Shown here: positions 52,679-61,857 of the stretch, in pieces
How the letters are laid out: each line of letters begins with the position of its first letter
Numbering within the stretch: the first letter of the stretch is position 1
Made by a program: the position numbers and the translations under genes
The notes under the pieces: generated by a model
What the model was told of the DNA's origin: nothing
The model's input: the letters and a program-made list of their open reading frames with translations, nothing else
Database searches by the model: none
Source of the DNA: Thermoplasmata archaeon
GTDB lineage: Archaea > Thermoplasmatota > Thermoplasmata > Lutacidiplasmatales > UBA184
Assembly (NCBI GenBank): GCA_022750455.1
Contig: JAKIVR010000003.1
Coordinates: 4,457-68,456 of the forward strand
DNA: 64,000 nucleotides
Direction: 5' to 3'

Positions 52679-53302
52679 GTGCGTCGCTTCCTGCTGTTGG
52701 CCCACCGAGTGCCGGTCGACGGTGCGTTCACCCTGAACGACCTCGCCGGGGGCGGGGGCCGGATGGACGAGATCGCTCGTTGTGTCTCGACAGCGTTCAC
52801 CATATCGAACGACCTCCGTCGCGACACGGAGCTCACGGTCCTCTTCGGATCCGAGCCCCCGCCCCGGAGCCGCCGGATCGACATCTACGGAGCGCGCCTG
52901 CGGCTGCTGAACCCGGACGAGCGGTCGACGGCCGCGCTGCTCAAGAACGCGCTCATCCGCTCGCACAACGTCCCCGGGATCGTGGAATCCTCTCCGGGGA
53001 TGGTCGTGGGACCTTCCCAACCGCTCGAGGACCTGGCCCGGTTCGCCTCGCAGCCCGGCTGCTGGTGGCTCGTGGAAGGAGGGGCTCCTCTGGCCTCCCT
53101 CGCTCCGACATCGGACGTCGCCGCGGTCCTGAGCGATCCGACCGACCCGACCCCGCCGGAACGCGAGATCCTGGAGAGATCTGGCGCAGTCTCCATCCGT
53201 GTCGGGCCGAGATCGCTCCGCAGTTCCCAAGTCCTCGACGTTGTCCAGAACGTCCTCGACGGCGCCTCCGAGGCAGTTCCCGTCGACCGGACGCCCCGCT
53301 AG
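52679..53302 (+). CDS. trmY: tRNA (pseudouridine54-N1)-methyltransferase TrmY (SPOUT, DUF358)
   Basis: MRRFLLLAH...FTLNDLAGGGGRMDEIARCVSTAF...RRD...VLFGSEPPP...PDER matches the TrmY pattern F.L.DL.G..GR.D...RCVS.AF...RRD. 207 aa. Confidence 0.7.
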   Translation: MRRFLLLAHRVPVDGAFTLNDLAGGGGRMDEIARCVSTAFTISNDLRRDTELTVLFGSEPPPRSRRIDIYGARLRLLNPDERSTAALLKNALIRSHNVPGIVESSPGMVVGPSQPLEDLARFASQPGCWWLVEGGAPLASLAPTSDVAAVLSDPTDPTPPEREILERSGAVSIRVGPRSLRSSQVLDVVQNVLDGASEAVPVDRTPR

Positions 53303-54324
53303 AGCAGGAGGGGCGTGTTGTCCTCGGCCTTCCCTTGGAGGGCGTCCCGGACGGAGCTCGGTCGGAGTCCCCCGACGACGGCCGTGAGCCGAACGACCTC
53401 CCGACGCTCCGGATGGGTTCGATTGCCGACGAGCATCCGACGGGGCTCCCCGAGCCGGGACCGCATCGATCGCCAGATGCGGTCGACGGTCTCGAGGGTG
53501 AGGTTCGAGCCCCCGTCCACGTGCACGAGCGCCGACGGCCCGGCCGAGAGCTCGAAGTCGAGGAGGGTCTCCGTCAGCGCCTGGTCGACGAGCCGCTCCG
53601 GTTCCGAGATGTGCTCCTCGGCGCGGAGCAAGGTCGAGACCCCGGATTGCTCCAGATGGCCCCTCAGGCTCGCCAGGTCGACGTTCATCTGCGACGGGTG
53701 CTCGACCATGTCGACGAGCCCTTCGACGAGGCTGTGCATGTACGCGTTCCGGACGTGCAGCACCCGAGGGACGGGGAGGGAGGCGAACCGCTGCAGCTTC
53801 TGGTTGGAGACCGCGAGGAGGAGCCCCCCCATCTCTTCGAGCTCCTGGAGCGCCGCGAGCGCGTTCTCCCGACGGTTCGGGTTCGTCTCCATCTCGATGT
53901 GGAACGGGAGGATCGCGATCGGCACGGCGAGAACGTCGTGATCCCTCAGAGCCGAGGTGAGGTACGGGAGGAGGGCGGAGCCCGTGCCCCCTCCCAGGGC
54001 GGCGATCAGAAAGACGATGTCATGAGGGACCAGGAGCGGCACCACGTCGTCGTGGGCTTCCGCCATGCCCGCATGGACGGCGTCCCGATCCCCTCCGCTG
54101 CCGTGGCCCCGAAGCGTCCGCTGGCCGAGAAGGATCCGTTCCGCCACGTCGAGGCCTCTGAGGTGCCGGGCGTCCGTATTGATCGCGACCGCCTTGACCG
54201 ACGGGGAGAGTCCGAATCCCATCAGGTCGTGGACGGCGTCGCAGCCGGCGCCCCCGAGCCCTACGACGGCGAAGCCGCCCGAATGACCGTAAGGCGCCCA
54301 CGACGGGAGCGGTTCCCCTTTCAT
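53299..54324 (-). CDS. tubulin/FtsZ-family GTPase, CetZ-like
   Basis: VVGLGGAGCDAV (G-box 1). AINTDARHLRGLD. LLGQRTLRGHGSGGD (CetZ-type GHGxGxD rather than FtsZ GLGAG). ALGGGTGSA (tubulin signature GGGTGS). Start ATG 54324 (MKGEPLPS...). Confidence 0.7.
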   Translation of the reverse strand: MKGEPLPSWAPYGHSGGFAVVGLGGAGCDAVHDLMGFGLSPSVKAVAINTDARHLRGLDVAERILLGQRTLRGHGSGGDRDAVHAGMAEAHDDVVPLLVPHDIVFLIAALGGGTGSALLPYLTSALRDHDVLAVPIAILPFHIEMETNPNRRENALAALQELEEMGGLLLAVSNQKLQRFASLPVPRVLHVRNAYMHSLVEGLVDMVEHPSQMNVDLASLRGHLEQSGVSTLLRAEEHISEPERLVDQALTETLLDFELSAGPSALVHVDGGSNLTLETVDRIWRSMRSRLGEPRRMLVGNRTHPERREVVRLTAVVGGLRPSSVRDALQGKAEDNTPLLL

Positions 54325-54340
54325 GGCGCCGTCTCCCGGG

Positions 54341-54703
54341 TTACGGGGAGGAGGTCCCTTCGTCGGCGGTGAGCGACTCGCCATCTCGGCGGCCCCGGGG
54401 CGCGCTGACGGCTTCGGTCTTGACACGGATGTACTCGCGGACAGCGGAGCGAACGGCGTCGTCGATCGAGACCGAGGCGCCTTCCCGCACGAACTCCTCG
54501 AGCTGGCGATTGTCCTGCCGGGAGAGGTCGACGACGACCTTCTTGATGTTCGGGGGGGGGAGGTTCATCTCGATGAACTTCTCGAGTCCTTCCCGGATCG
54601 TGTCCGAGATCGTCGGGGTGCCTTTCGACTGCTGGATCGCCTTCAGTTTCTCGAGGAGATCCTGCGGGATCCGAACCGTGACCCGCTCGGAAGTATCTGC
54701 CAT
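54341..54703 (-). CDS. ribbon-helix-helix (CopG/Arc/ParR-like) DNA-binding protein with two tandem RHH motifs
   Basis: First RHH: ERVTVRIPQDLLEKLKAI...ISDTIREGLEKFI. Second RHH: KKVVVDLSRQDNRQLEEFV...SIDDAVRSAVREYI. 17 nt upstream of the CetZ-like gene on the same strand. Confidence 0.75.
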   Translation of the reverse strand: MADTSERVTVRIPQDLLEKLKAIQQSKGTPTISDTIREGLEKFIEMNLPPPNIKKVVVDLSRQDNRQLEEFVREGASVSIDDAVRSAVREYIRVKTEAVSAPRGRRDGESLTADEGTSSP

Positions 54704-54750
54704 GTCTGTCCGACGTTCCTCGGCGCTTTGTCAGACAAATGGCATATCTG

Positions 54751-54760
54751 TATATTAAAG
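54751..54760 (-). promoter_or_regulatory. TATA box (plus TATATTAAAG, minus CTTTAATATA) for the RHH-CetZ-like operon
   Basis: ~48 nt upstream of the RHH ATG (54703). Flanked by the inverted 8-mers ATATCTGT (54744-54751) and ACAGATAT (54802-54809). Confidence 0.45.
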
Positions 54761-55023
54761 CTCGTTTCGATTCCCGGATTTGCGCAGAAGCCCATTCCGC
54801 ACAGATATCACATTGGGCGCCAGAATCTCGTCATCCGCCGCGTAGGCCAGCGCCGTAGAGGCCGCCGACTATCTTGACATAGTGCCGCGTCTAGAAGAAG
54901 AGTACGACATTTCTCCCTCGGAGATGGGTCCGGAACCCCCGTTCGACACGGCACTACGCCGTGGACCACGACCTTGAGAAATCTTATCCCCCTTGGTGAG
55001 GAGTCGGGGTCGGAGGCGCAAAG

Positions 55024-58000
55024 ATGAGCGTCACATACGGTCTAGTTCCGTCCCGAGCGAACCCACGGCCAGTCCGCAACTCCGTCCGGGGGAAATCTGC
55101 CGCCATACTGATCGGCCTCGTGCTCGTGGGCACTCTGTTCGCGGGAGCCCTATCGAATGCGACTGCCGGCCGATCGATTGAGGTCCGAGTCTCCCCGGGA
55201 GGGGTGCCGTCAGCTCCCCCCAGTTCGCAAGCCAACGCCCGGCCTGTCCCCGCGTCGGGCGGCGTCGGTTCGGTGATCGCGACGCTCGACCTGGCCACGA
55301 ACCACCTCTTGCCGGGGAACCAGGCGCCCCCGGTCCAAGCCGGCCCCGAGATGGTGCTGTACGACGCCTCGAACGGCAACCTGTACGTGCGTGGGACCGA
55401 CGGCTCGACCATCAGTGTCGTGAACGCCTCGACCGACAAGGTACTGACCAGTCTCACCGTCGGGTTCGGCGGGAGCGCTTACGTTCCCAACGTCGCAACG
55501 ATCGCCGACGACCTGACCAACGGCAACCTCTACGAAGTGAATCCGATGCTCGAAACGGTGGGGGTCATCCAAACCTCCACGAACACGCTAACCACCACGA
55601 TCAATGTCCACGCCGGCGTCGAGGCGATCGTATTCGACCCGTCGAACGGGAACCTCTACACGACCAACTGGTACAGCGACAACGTCTCAGTGATCTCGGG
55701 AACCACCAACAAGGTCGTCGCCAGCATCCCCGTGGGAGGGGAGCCGGGCGCGATCTTGTACGACCCGAACGACACGGAAGTGTTCGTGTCGAACTTCCAC
55801 ACAGGCAACGTCTCCGTGATCAATACCACCACCGAGAGCGTCGTGGCGAATCCGAGGACCGGGGTCACGGGATCGGAACCGGTCGCCCTGACGTTGGACA
55901 CCGACGATGACCTGGTCAACGTCGTCGACTCGCTCACCGACAACGTCTCCGTCATCAACGGGAGCACGAATGCCGCGATGACCTCCGTCGCCGTGGGGTC
56001 GATTCCCACCTCTGCCACGTACGTGCCCTCCACGGACACGCTCCTGGTGGCGGACGGCGCCTCGGACAATGTCACGGTCATCCAGGAGCCCCAGGACAAG
56101 ACCATCGCGAGCATCGGGATCGGGCACGGAGCGCAGGGGGCCGCGTACGACCCGTCGAGCGGGTACGTCTACTTCGCAACGTACGGCGCCAACAATGTCA
56201 GCATCGTCAACCCGGCCACTAACGCCTGGGAGGCGGGCGTGGCCACGAGCAACTTCCCGGAGGACCTCGCCGTGGACACGAACAATGGCAACGTCTACGT
56301 CGCCAACCTGGGGACCGACGAGGTAGATTCGAACCTCACCGTCATCTCGGGATCGACCTCACTGCCGATCGCCTCCGTCCTCTTGGAGGCGTACCCGACC
56401 AGCCTGACCGCGGCCCCCAACGGCGACCTCTACGTGTCCGACTATGGCGGAGATCGCGCCGACATCATCTCGGAGTCGACGAACCTTGAGACCGGGATCG
56501 CCCCGGCGGCATCCCCGCAGCCGGGCGATTCGGCGTTCGATCCCGCCACGGACGACCTGTACCTGGTGAGCGGGCCGACGGGCGAGGTCAACGTGGACAA
56601 CGCAACGGGAGCTGTGGTGGCGACCCTCGGGCTCGGTTTCGATTCCCAGGGCGCCGTCTATGATCCGTCGAACGAACTGGTCTACGTTTCCAATTACTAC
56701 AGCGGGAACATCACGCTGATCTACGGATCCAACGAGACCGTCGACACGGTGATCGAAGTCGAACCGTTCGACAGCCTTGGCGCCGAGATCTTCGATCCCG
56801 TGGACTCCGCGGTGTACGTCGCGGACTACAACGAGCACAACGTGACCGTGGTCCACGGGTCGGCCACGACCGGCTCGATCCAGGTCGGAACCTACCCGAC
56901 GTCGTTTGCCTACGACCCGGTGAACGACACGATCTTTGTCGCCAACTACGGGTCGAACAACATCAGCGTCATCAACGCCTCGACCAACCAGGTGGTGGGG
57001 GCGATCTCGGGGTACTACCCCGAATACCTCGCGTACGACTCGGGCACGAACTCACTGTACGTGTCGACGGGGGAGAACGGACTGGTCGACGCGTTCAACG
57101 CGACGACGTACGCCCCCCTAGGGCCCGGGCTGGACATCTCGTCCTCGGTCCGATCCGGCGGCATCGCCTACAACGCCAGCTCGGGCGACCTGTACGTCTC
57201 GAACGAGTACGAAAGCTCCATCGCGATCATCTCGGACGTGAACGTGACCGATTACCCGGTCACTTTCTTCGAGAGCGGCCTCCCCGCGGGGACCTCCTGG
57301 AGTGTCACGTTGGCGGGCTATACCAATGAGTCGGTCGTCCCAGCGATCGAACTCGGCGGGGTCGGAGTCGGATTCGCCGAGCCAAACGGGACGTACCCGT
57401 TCACCGTGGGAGACGTTCCGGGCTACACCTCGAACCCCATCGGGGGGAATATGCATGTCGCGGGCGCTCCGGTCAACACGACGATCGTATTCTCCTCTCC
57501 TTCATCGGCTCCGAGCTATCCGGTCTGGTTCAATGAGACGGGACTCCCTCTCTCGACCTTCTGGGAGGTGACATTGGATTCGTCGGAGATGTCCACGGAC
57601 ACCCCCTCGATCCCGTTCTCCGAAGAGAACGGAAGCTACTCGTTCACCATCGGAGCGGTCACCGGGTATACTTCGAACCGTACCTCGGGTCCCCTGGACG
57701 TCTCCGGCGCACCCGTCACCGTGGACGTTGGCTTCACGTCCGTCGCCGCGTCGTACTCCGTCACGTTCCGAGAGACCGGGTTGCCCTCGTCCACCTCGTG
57801 GAGCGTCACATTGAGCGGTCAACTGGAGAGTTCGACGACGACATCGATCCCTTTCACCGAGGGGAACGGATCGCTCCCGTTCACGGTCGGCGCGGTCACC
57901 GGTTACTCCGCCACTCCCGGCGCGGGGTCCGTGCTCGTCCACGGCGCGGCGGCGACCGAGAACATCACTTTCGCCCTGACGCAGGTACCTCCCTTGACCG

Positions 58001-58437
58001 TCGGTCTGTCAGGAACTCCCGCCTCATTCGGGATCGGCGGCTCGACGACGTTGACCACGACGGCGACCGGGGGGACCGCTCCGTACGGCTACTCGTACTC
58101 GGGGCTCCCGGCCGGGTGTGCCTCGACCGCCTCCAGTTTTGTGTGTACCCCGACCTCGACAGGAGAATTCAACGTGACCGTGACCGTCACGGACGCGTCC
58201 TCGCGGACCGCTCACGCAAGCACGACCGTGACGGTCGAATCCCTCGGCTCGACGGTCCCCACGACCGTCGCCTCGAGCTCCACGAACTACGGCCTCTGGA
58301 TCGCCATCGCCGTTCTCGTCGCCATCGGAGCGATGCTGTTCTTCTTCATCGTCTACCGCCGCCACCGCCGGAAGGAGGAGGAGGCCGCTTCGGCCGCGCG
58401 CGCCGCGTCGCTCACTCCCCCCCCACCGCCCCCCTAG
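55024..58437 (+). CDS. surface protein with YVTN-type beta-propeller repeats, four GLPxxTSWxVTL repeat modules, Ig/PKD-like domain and C-terminal TM
   Basis: N-terminal helix AAILIGLVLVGTLFAGAL. Repeated GNLYVxxxxSDNVSVI-like ~40-aa units (YVTN family). Four modules with the signatures VTFFESGLPAGTSWSVTLAG, VWFNETGLPLSTFWEVTLDS and VTFRETGLPSSTSWSVTLSG. C-terminal helix GLWIAIAVLVAIGAMLFFFIV plus tail RRHRRKEEE...PPPPPP. SD-like GGAGG 6 nt upstream. Confidence 0.8.
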   Translation: MSVTYGLVPSRANPRPVRNSVRGKSAAILIGLVLVGTLFAGALSNATAGRSIEVRVSPGGVPSAPPSSQANARPVPASGGVGSVIATLDLATNHLLPGNQAPPVQAGPEMVLYDASNGNLYVRGTDGSTISVVNASTDKVLTSLTVGFGGSAYVPNVATIADDLTNGNLYEVNPMLETVGVIQTSTNTLTTTINVHAGVEAIVFDPSNGNLYTTNWYSDNVSVISGTTNKVVASIPVGGEPGAILYDPNDTEVFVSNFHTGNVSVINTTTESVVANPRTGVTGSEPVALTLDTDDDLVNVVDSLTDNVSVINGSTNAAMTSVAVGSIPTSATYVPSTDTLLVADGASDNVTVIQEPQDKTIASIGIGHGAQGAAYDPSSGYVYFATYGANNVSIVNPATNAWEAGVATSNFPEDLAVDTNNGNVYVANLGTDEVDSNLTVISGSTSLPIASVLLEAYPTSLTAAPNGDLYVSDYGGDRADIISESTNLETGIAPAASPQPGDSAFDPATDDLYLVSGPTGEVNVDNATGAVVATLGLGFDSQGAVYDPSNELVYVSNYYSGNITLIYGSNETVDTVIEVEPFDSLGAEIFDPVDSAVYVADYNEHNVTVVHGSATTGSIQVGTYPTSFAYDPVNDTIFVANYGSNNISVINASTNQVVGAISGYYPEYLAYDSGTNSLYVSTGENGLVDAFNATTYAPLGPGLDISSSVRSGGIAYNASSGDLYVSNEYESSIAIISDVNVTDYPVTFFESGLPAGTSWSVTLAGYTNESVVPAIELGGVGVGFAEPNGTYPFTVGDVPGYTSNPIGGNMHVAGAPVNTTIVFSSPSSAPSYPVWFNETGLPLSTFWEVTLDSSEMSTDTPSIPFSEENGSYSFTIGAVTGYTSNRTSGPLDVSGAPVTVDVGFTSVAASYSVTFRETGLPSSTSWSVTLSGQLESSTTTSIPFTEGNGSLPFTVGAVTGYSATPGAGSVLVHGAAATENITFALTQVPPLTVGLSGTPASFGIGGSTTLTTTATGGTAPYGYSYSGLPAGCASTASSFVCTPTSTGEFNVTVTVTDASSRTAHASTTVTVESLGSTVPTTVASSSTNYGLWIAIAVLVAIGAMLFFFIVYRRHRRKEEEAASAARAASLTPPPPPP

Positions 58438-58515
58438 GGGAGAATCGTGGCTGGACCCCGATCCACTCGGACTGGTCGTCCGGCCCGGGGCGGTGGATCG
58501 GGACGGTCGACCGTC

Positions 58516-58782
58516 CTAGGAGCGACGGGGAATGTCGATCGGAGGGATCTCGCTCAGGATCTCCCTTCGCATGAGTTCGTGGAGCTTGTCCCGAGCCGCC
58601 TCCAGTTTGTCCAACTGGTCTGCGTAGGCGTCCTTGGCCGCGCGGACGCGCTCCGCGTCCGCCGGGGCCTTCGACTTCTGAAACTGATCTTCGGCCTCAT
58701 GGACGCGTTGGAGAAACACCCGAAGATCCTCTTCGATCGCCTCCGCGTCCTCGCGGGCCGTTTCGACCTCCTCGCGCGTCAT
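58516..58782 (-). CDS. small acidic coiled-coil protein (88 aa), speculative
   Basis: ATG 58782 (MTREEVETAREDAEAIEEDLRVFLQRVHEAEDQF...). No homolog recognised. Lies in an otherwise 460-nt intergenic gap. Confidence 0.3.
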   Translation of the reverse strand: MTREEVETAREDAEAIEEDLRVFLQRVHEAEDQFQKSKAPADAERVRAAKDAYADQLDKLEAARDKLHELMRREILSEIPPIDIPRRS

Positions 58783-58897
58783 TCGGCCGCCCACTGTCGC
58801 CAAGGGTAATAGGGCTGACCTAGACGGGACCGGGCCGTCCGGATCGCCTCGGCGGCAGGCCTATCTACTAGGAGGGAATCGCCGACATCTGAGCACC

Positions 58898-60313
58898 ATG
58901 ACGGAGCAATCTCTATCGGCCGCAACGCCCCCCGGCCCGGCCGGAACCCCGATGCCCCCTCCCAGCGGAATGCCTCCCCCGGCCGGGTACGCCCCGCCGG
59001 GAACGGATCCCAATCAACCGCCCACGAACTGGTCGCAGCCACCCACCGGCCAATGGGGTGGCGCGCCCCCTCCCAAGAAGGGGATGCTCTCCGGCAAGAT
59101 GCTGTACGTTGTCATCGCGGTCATCGCCATCGTGGTGATTGTGGTCCTCGCCGCCGTCCTGCTCTCCGGCGTCGCATCGAACAACAACAACTCGAACTCC
59201 TCCTCGGCCCAAGCGAGCACCTACTCGAAGGCCTCCAGCCAAGCGAGTTCGTACGCGGCGAGCTACCCTGGGGGCCCCTGGAAGCCTTGGATCGCCGGGG
59301 GCGTCACGACCAACACGGCGGGCACGTCCCCGCCCATCAATTCGAGCGAATTTGATTCGTTCCCCTCGTCCGCTGGCTGCTCCGTCCACCTGCTCGTGGC
59401 GAGCGGGACCACCTACACGGTCCCGGCCATCTCCGGGAACTTGAGCTCCGGCGCGTCCCCCTACTGGGTCTTCTGGTTCCTCAACGCCTCGGGGATCCTG
59501 TTCGTGACCGATTCCGGCGGGACCATCACTCCCCTGCTAACGATCGACTGTGCCTCGTTCAGCACCTTTTCGAGCTTCATCACCCCGATCCCCTCGACGG
59601 TCATTGACAGCAGCGCCGCGGTGCAGACGGCGTGGGGAGCCGGCGGGGCGGCGTTCACGACCAAGAATCCGGACTCGACGGTCTCCATGCTCCTGACGGG
59701 CGGCGAGAGCATCGATGGATTCTCGGTCGCCCCGAGCTGGACCATCACCTACCAGGCGTGCAACCCGACGACCGCCAGCACGGCGCAGGTGGCGACCTTC
59801 ACGGCCGACATCAACGCCTCGGCTTCTACCAAGAACCTCATCTCGGCCTCCAACTCCACGGGGGCTTGCACGGCGAACGCCGATATCTCGGGCGGCGGGG
59901 GCGGTCTCGGTGGGGGCGGCAGCACCACCACGACGCTCTCCTCGGAGCTCGGGTTCGGGACCCCGGCCGTGGGGACCCCACCGTCCGCGGGGACCTATGC
60001 GTACACCATTTCGATCACCGATGCATCGGGCGGCCTGACCTGGGGGAGCCTATTGGCCACGGTCGACACCTCGGCCGGGGGGACGTACGTCTACGTCGGG
60101 AACGGGAACCTGACGGTCGATAACATCCTCGGGACCGCCGTCGCGGTGTTCAACTTGAGCACCGATAGTTGGACCTTGGGATCGACCGTCTCGATCTCGA
60201 CGACGCAGAGCTTGGTACTGTACTCCGGGATCCAGAACATCTCGGGGGACACGCTGTCGTTCATCTCCGAATCGACGAGCCCCTCGGGTTCCGTGTACGT
60301 CAACAACCTGTAG
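58898..60313 (+). CDS. type-II membrane glycoprotein with Pro-rich cytoplasmic N-tail
   Basis: N-terminal ~65 aa P-rich (PPGPAGTPMPPPSGMPPPAGYAPPGT...). Single helix MLYVVIAVIAIVVIVVLAAVLL. S/N-rich stalk. Ectodomain with many N-x-S/T sequons. Confidence 0.7.
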   Translation: MTEQSLSAATPPGPAGTPMPPPSGMPPPAGYAPPGTDPNQPPTNWSQPPTGQWGGAPPPKKGMLSGKMLYVVIAVIAIVVIVVLAAVLLSGVASNNNNSNSSSAQASTYSKASSQASSYAASYPGGPWKPWIAGGVTTNTAGTSPPINSSEFDSFPSSAGCSVHLLVASGTTYTVPAISGNLSSGASPYWVFWFLNASGILFVTDSGGTITPLLTIDCASFSTFSSFITPIPSTVIDSSAAVQTAWGAGGAAFTTKNPDSTVSMLLTGGESIDGFSVAPSWTITYQACNPTTASTAQVATFTADINASASTKNLISASNSTGACTANADISGGGGGLGGGGSTTTTLSSELGFGTPAVGTPPSAGTYAYTISITDASGGLTWGSLLATVDTSAGGTYVYVGNGNLTVDNILGTAVAVFNLSTDSWTLGSTVSISTTQSLVLYSGIQNISGDTLSFISESTSPSGSVYVNNL

Positions 60314-60378
60314 GCGGGTTCCCCGCGCTCTCGGACCCACGCCACCCGGCCGTTGGGGCCACGCCGTCGCCGTAGAAA

Positions 60379-61857
60379 GTGTCCTCGAGCCGGAGCGCCA
60401 CTCCCCCGAACCCTCCCGGGACAAGCTTCGGTGACACGCGTATCTACTCGACAGGCCTCCAAGGGGTTGGTGTGAACGTGAGCTCGCCCGACCCGACCGC
60501 ATCGAACGTGCCGGGCCCCGAGGGTCCCCCCGGGCCTCCTCCGGCTTGGGGTCCGGCTGCACCCGGCGCGCCGCCACCTGCCGGTCCGTGGGGGGCTGCC
60601 CCGGCCCAGCCGCCCCGGCGGAGGTGGGGAATCGCGGTCGGCGCGATCGTGGTCGTTGTCGTGGTGATCCTCGCGGTGCTCTTGCTTGCCGGGGCGTTCT
60701 CCTCCAACAAGTCCAACGGTACCATCGCCGACCCAACGTTCTCCCAAGCGGCCGATGCCGTGAAAGAGTGGGCGGCGAATTACGACGGCGGAGGCTGGAA
60801 GACGTTCGTCGCCAGTGGCCTGGATTCATCCGTGGCCACCATCTCTCCACCCATCAATGGCAGTACGCTCTCCGGGCTCACCAAGAGCGAATCCTGCATG
60901 GACAACATCCTGATCCCGTCCGGGAGCACCGTGACCCTGCCCGCGTACTCCGGAAACGTGAGCTCGGGAGAGTCCCCGATCTGGGTGTTCGTGATGTTCA
61001 ACTCCAGCGCCACGTTCCTGGCCGTGGAGGACAACAGTGGCACCATCACCCCGCTAGCGACGATCGCCTGCTCGGAGCTCGCGTTGGTCGCGGCGATTCT
61101 CTCCCCGATCCCTTCCAACGTCATCGATAGCAGCGCGGCCGCCACGACCGCCTGGGACTCCGGGGGCCGGGCCTTTGCCGCTCTGAACCCGAACGCGACG
61201 GTGGAGATGGGCCTCGTCTCCGGCCTCAGTCTGCTCGGAACCACCACGTACCCGATATGGACGGTGACGTACCAAGCGTGCAATCCGAGCTCGGTCACGA
61301 CCTCCCCGGTCGCCACCTTCACCGCGGAGGTCAACGCCACCCTGTCGAGCCAGAACCTGATCTCCGCCAACAACACCACGTCGGCGTGCGGAGTGGTCCC
61401 GGAGCTATCGAGCAGCGGACTCGGAGGCATCGGGGGGATCGGCGGAGTGGGAGGGAACGGCGGAACGATCCCGCTGAGCTCGGACATTAGCTTCGGGACC
61501 CCGCTTCCGGCCGTCTCGAGTACCGGGCAGTACTCCTACACCCTGCTCGTGACGAGCGCGATGACGAGCGCGTCGGCGGTCGTCGACTGGGACGAGCTCG
61601 CTCCGCTCCTGGAGTACTCGAATGGAACTCTGATCTTCCTTCCGACAGGCAATCTGACCGTCGACAACGTCTACGGCGTCGCCAGTGCCGTGTACAATTT
61701 CTCGGGGTTCGGTTGGGATCCGGGGGCGTATCTTCCGATCACGACCAGCCAAGAACTCGTTGTCAACTCCGGAACCATGGACATGTCCGGGGATCGTTTG
61801 GTGCTCGAATCGCTCGCGTTCGGCGTCACGGGGAATGTGACGATCCCCGACCTCTAA
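60379..61857 (+). CDS. type-II membrane glycoprotein, paralog of the upstream gene
   Basis: Same architecture: P-rich tail, helix WGIAVGAIVVVVVVILAVLLLAGAF, glycosylated ectodomain. Shared blocks SGTITPLATIACS / GGTITPLLTIDCAS, PIPSNVIDSSAA / PIPSTVIDSSAA, WTVTYQACNPS / WTITYQACNPT, GNLTVDN. Start may be an internal GTG. Confidence 0.7.
   Translation: MSSSRSATPPNPPGTSFGDTRIYSTGLQGVGVNVSSPDPTASNVPGPEGPPGPPPAWGPAAPGAPPPAGPWGAAPAQPPRRRWGIAVGAIVVVVVVILAVLLLAGAFSSNKSNGTIADPTFSQAADAVKEWAANYDGGGWKTFVASGLDSSVATISPPINGSTLSGLTKSESCMDNILIPSGSTVTLPAYSGNVSSGESPIWVFVMFNSSATFLAVEDNSGTITPLATIACSELALVAAILSPIPSNVIDSSAAATTAWDSGGRAFAALNPNATVEMGLVSGLSLLGTTTYPIWTVTYQACNPSSVTTSPVATFTAEVNATLSSQNLISANNTTSACGVVPELSSSGLGGIGGIGGVGGNGGTIPLSSDISFGTPLPAVSSTGQYSYTLLVTSAMTSASAVVDWDELAPLLEYSNGTLIFLPTGNLTVDNVYGVASAVYNFSGFGWDPGAYLPITTSQELVVNSGTMDMSGDRLVLESLAFGVTGNVTIPDL

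Noticed and set aside
54323-54877. 184-aa plus-strand ORF spanning the RHH gene and its upstream region.
   Set aside because: It is antisense to a well-formed RHH gene. Its remainder covers the AT-rich promoter region with low-complexity translation. Judged spurious.
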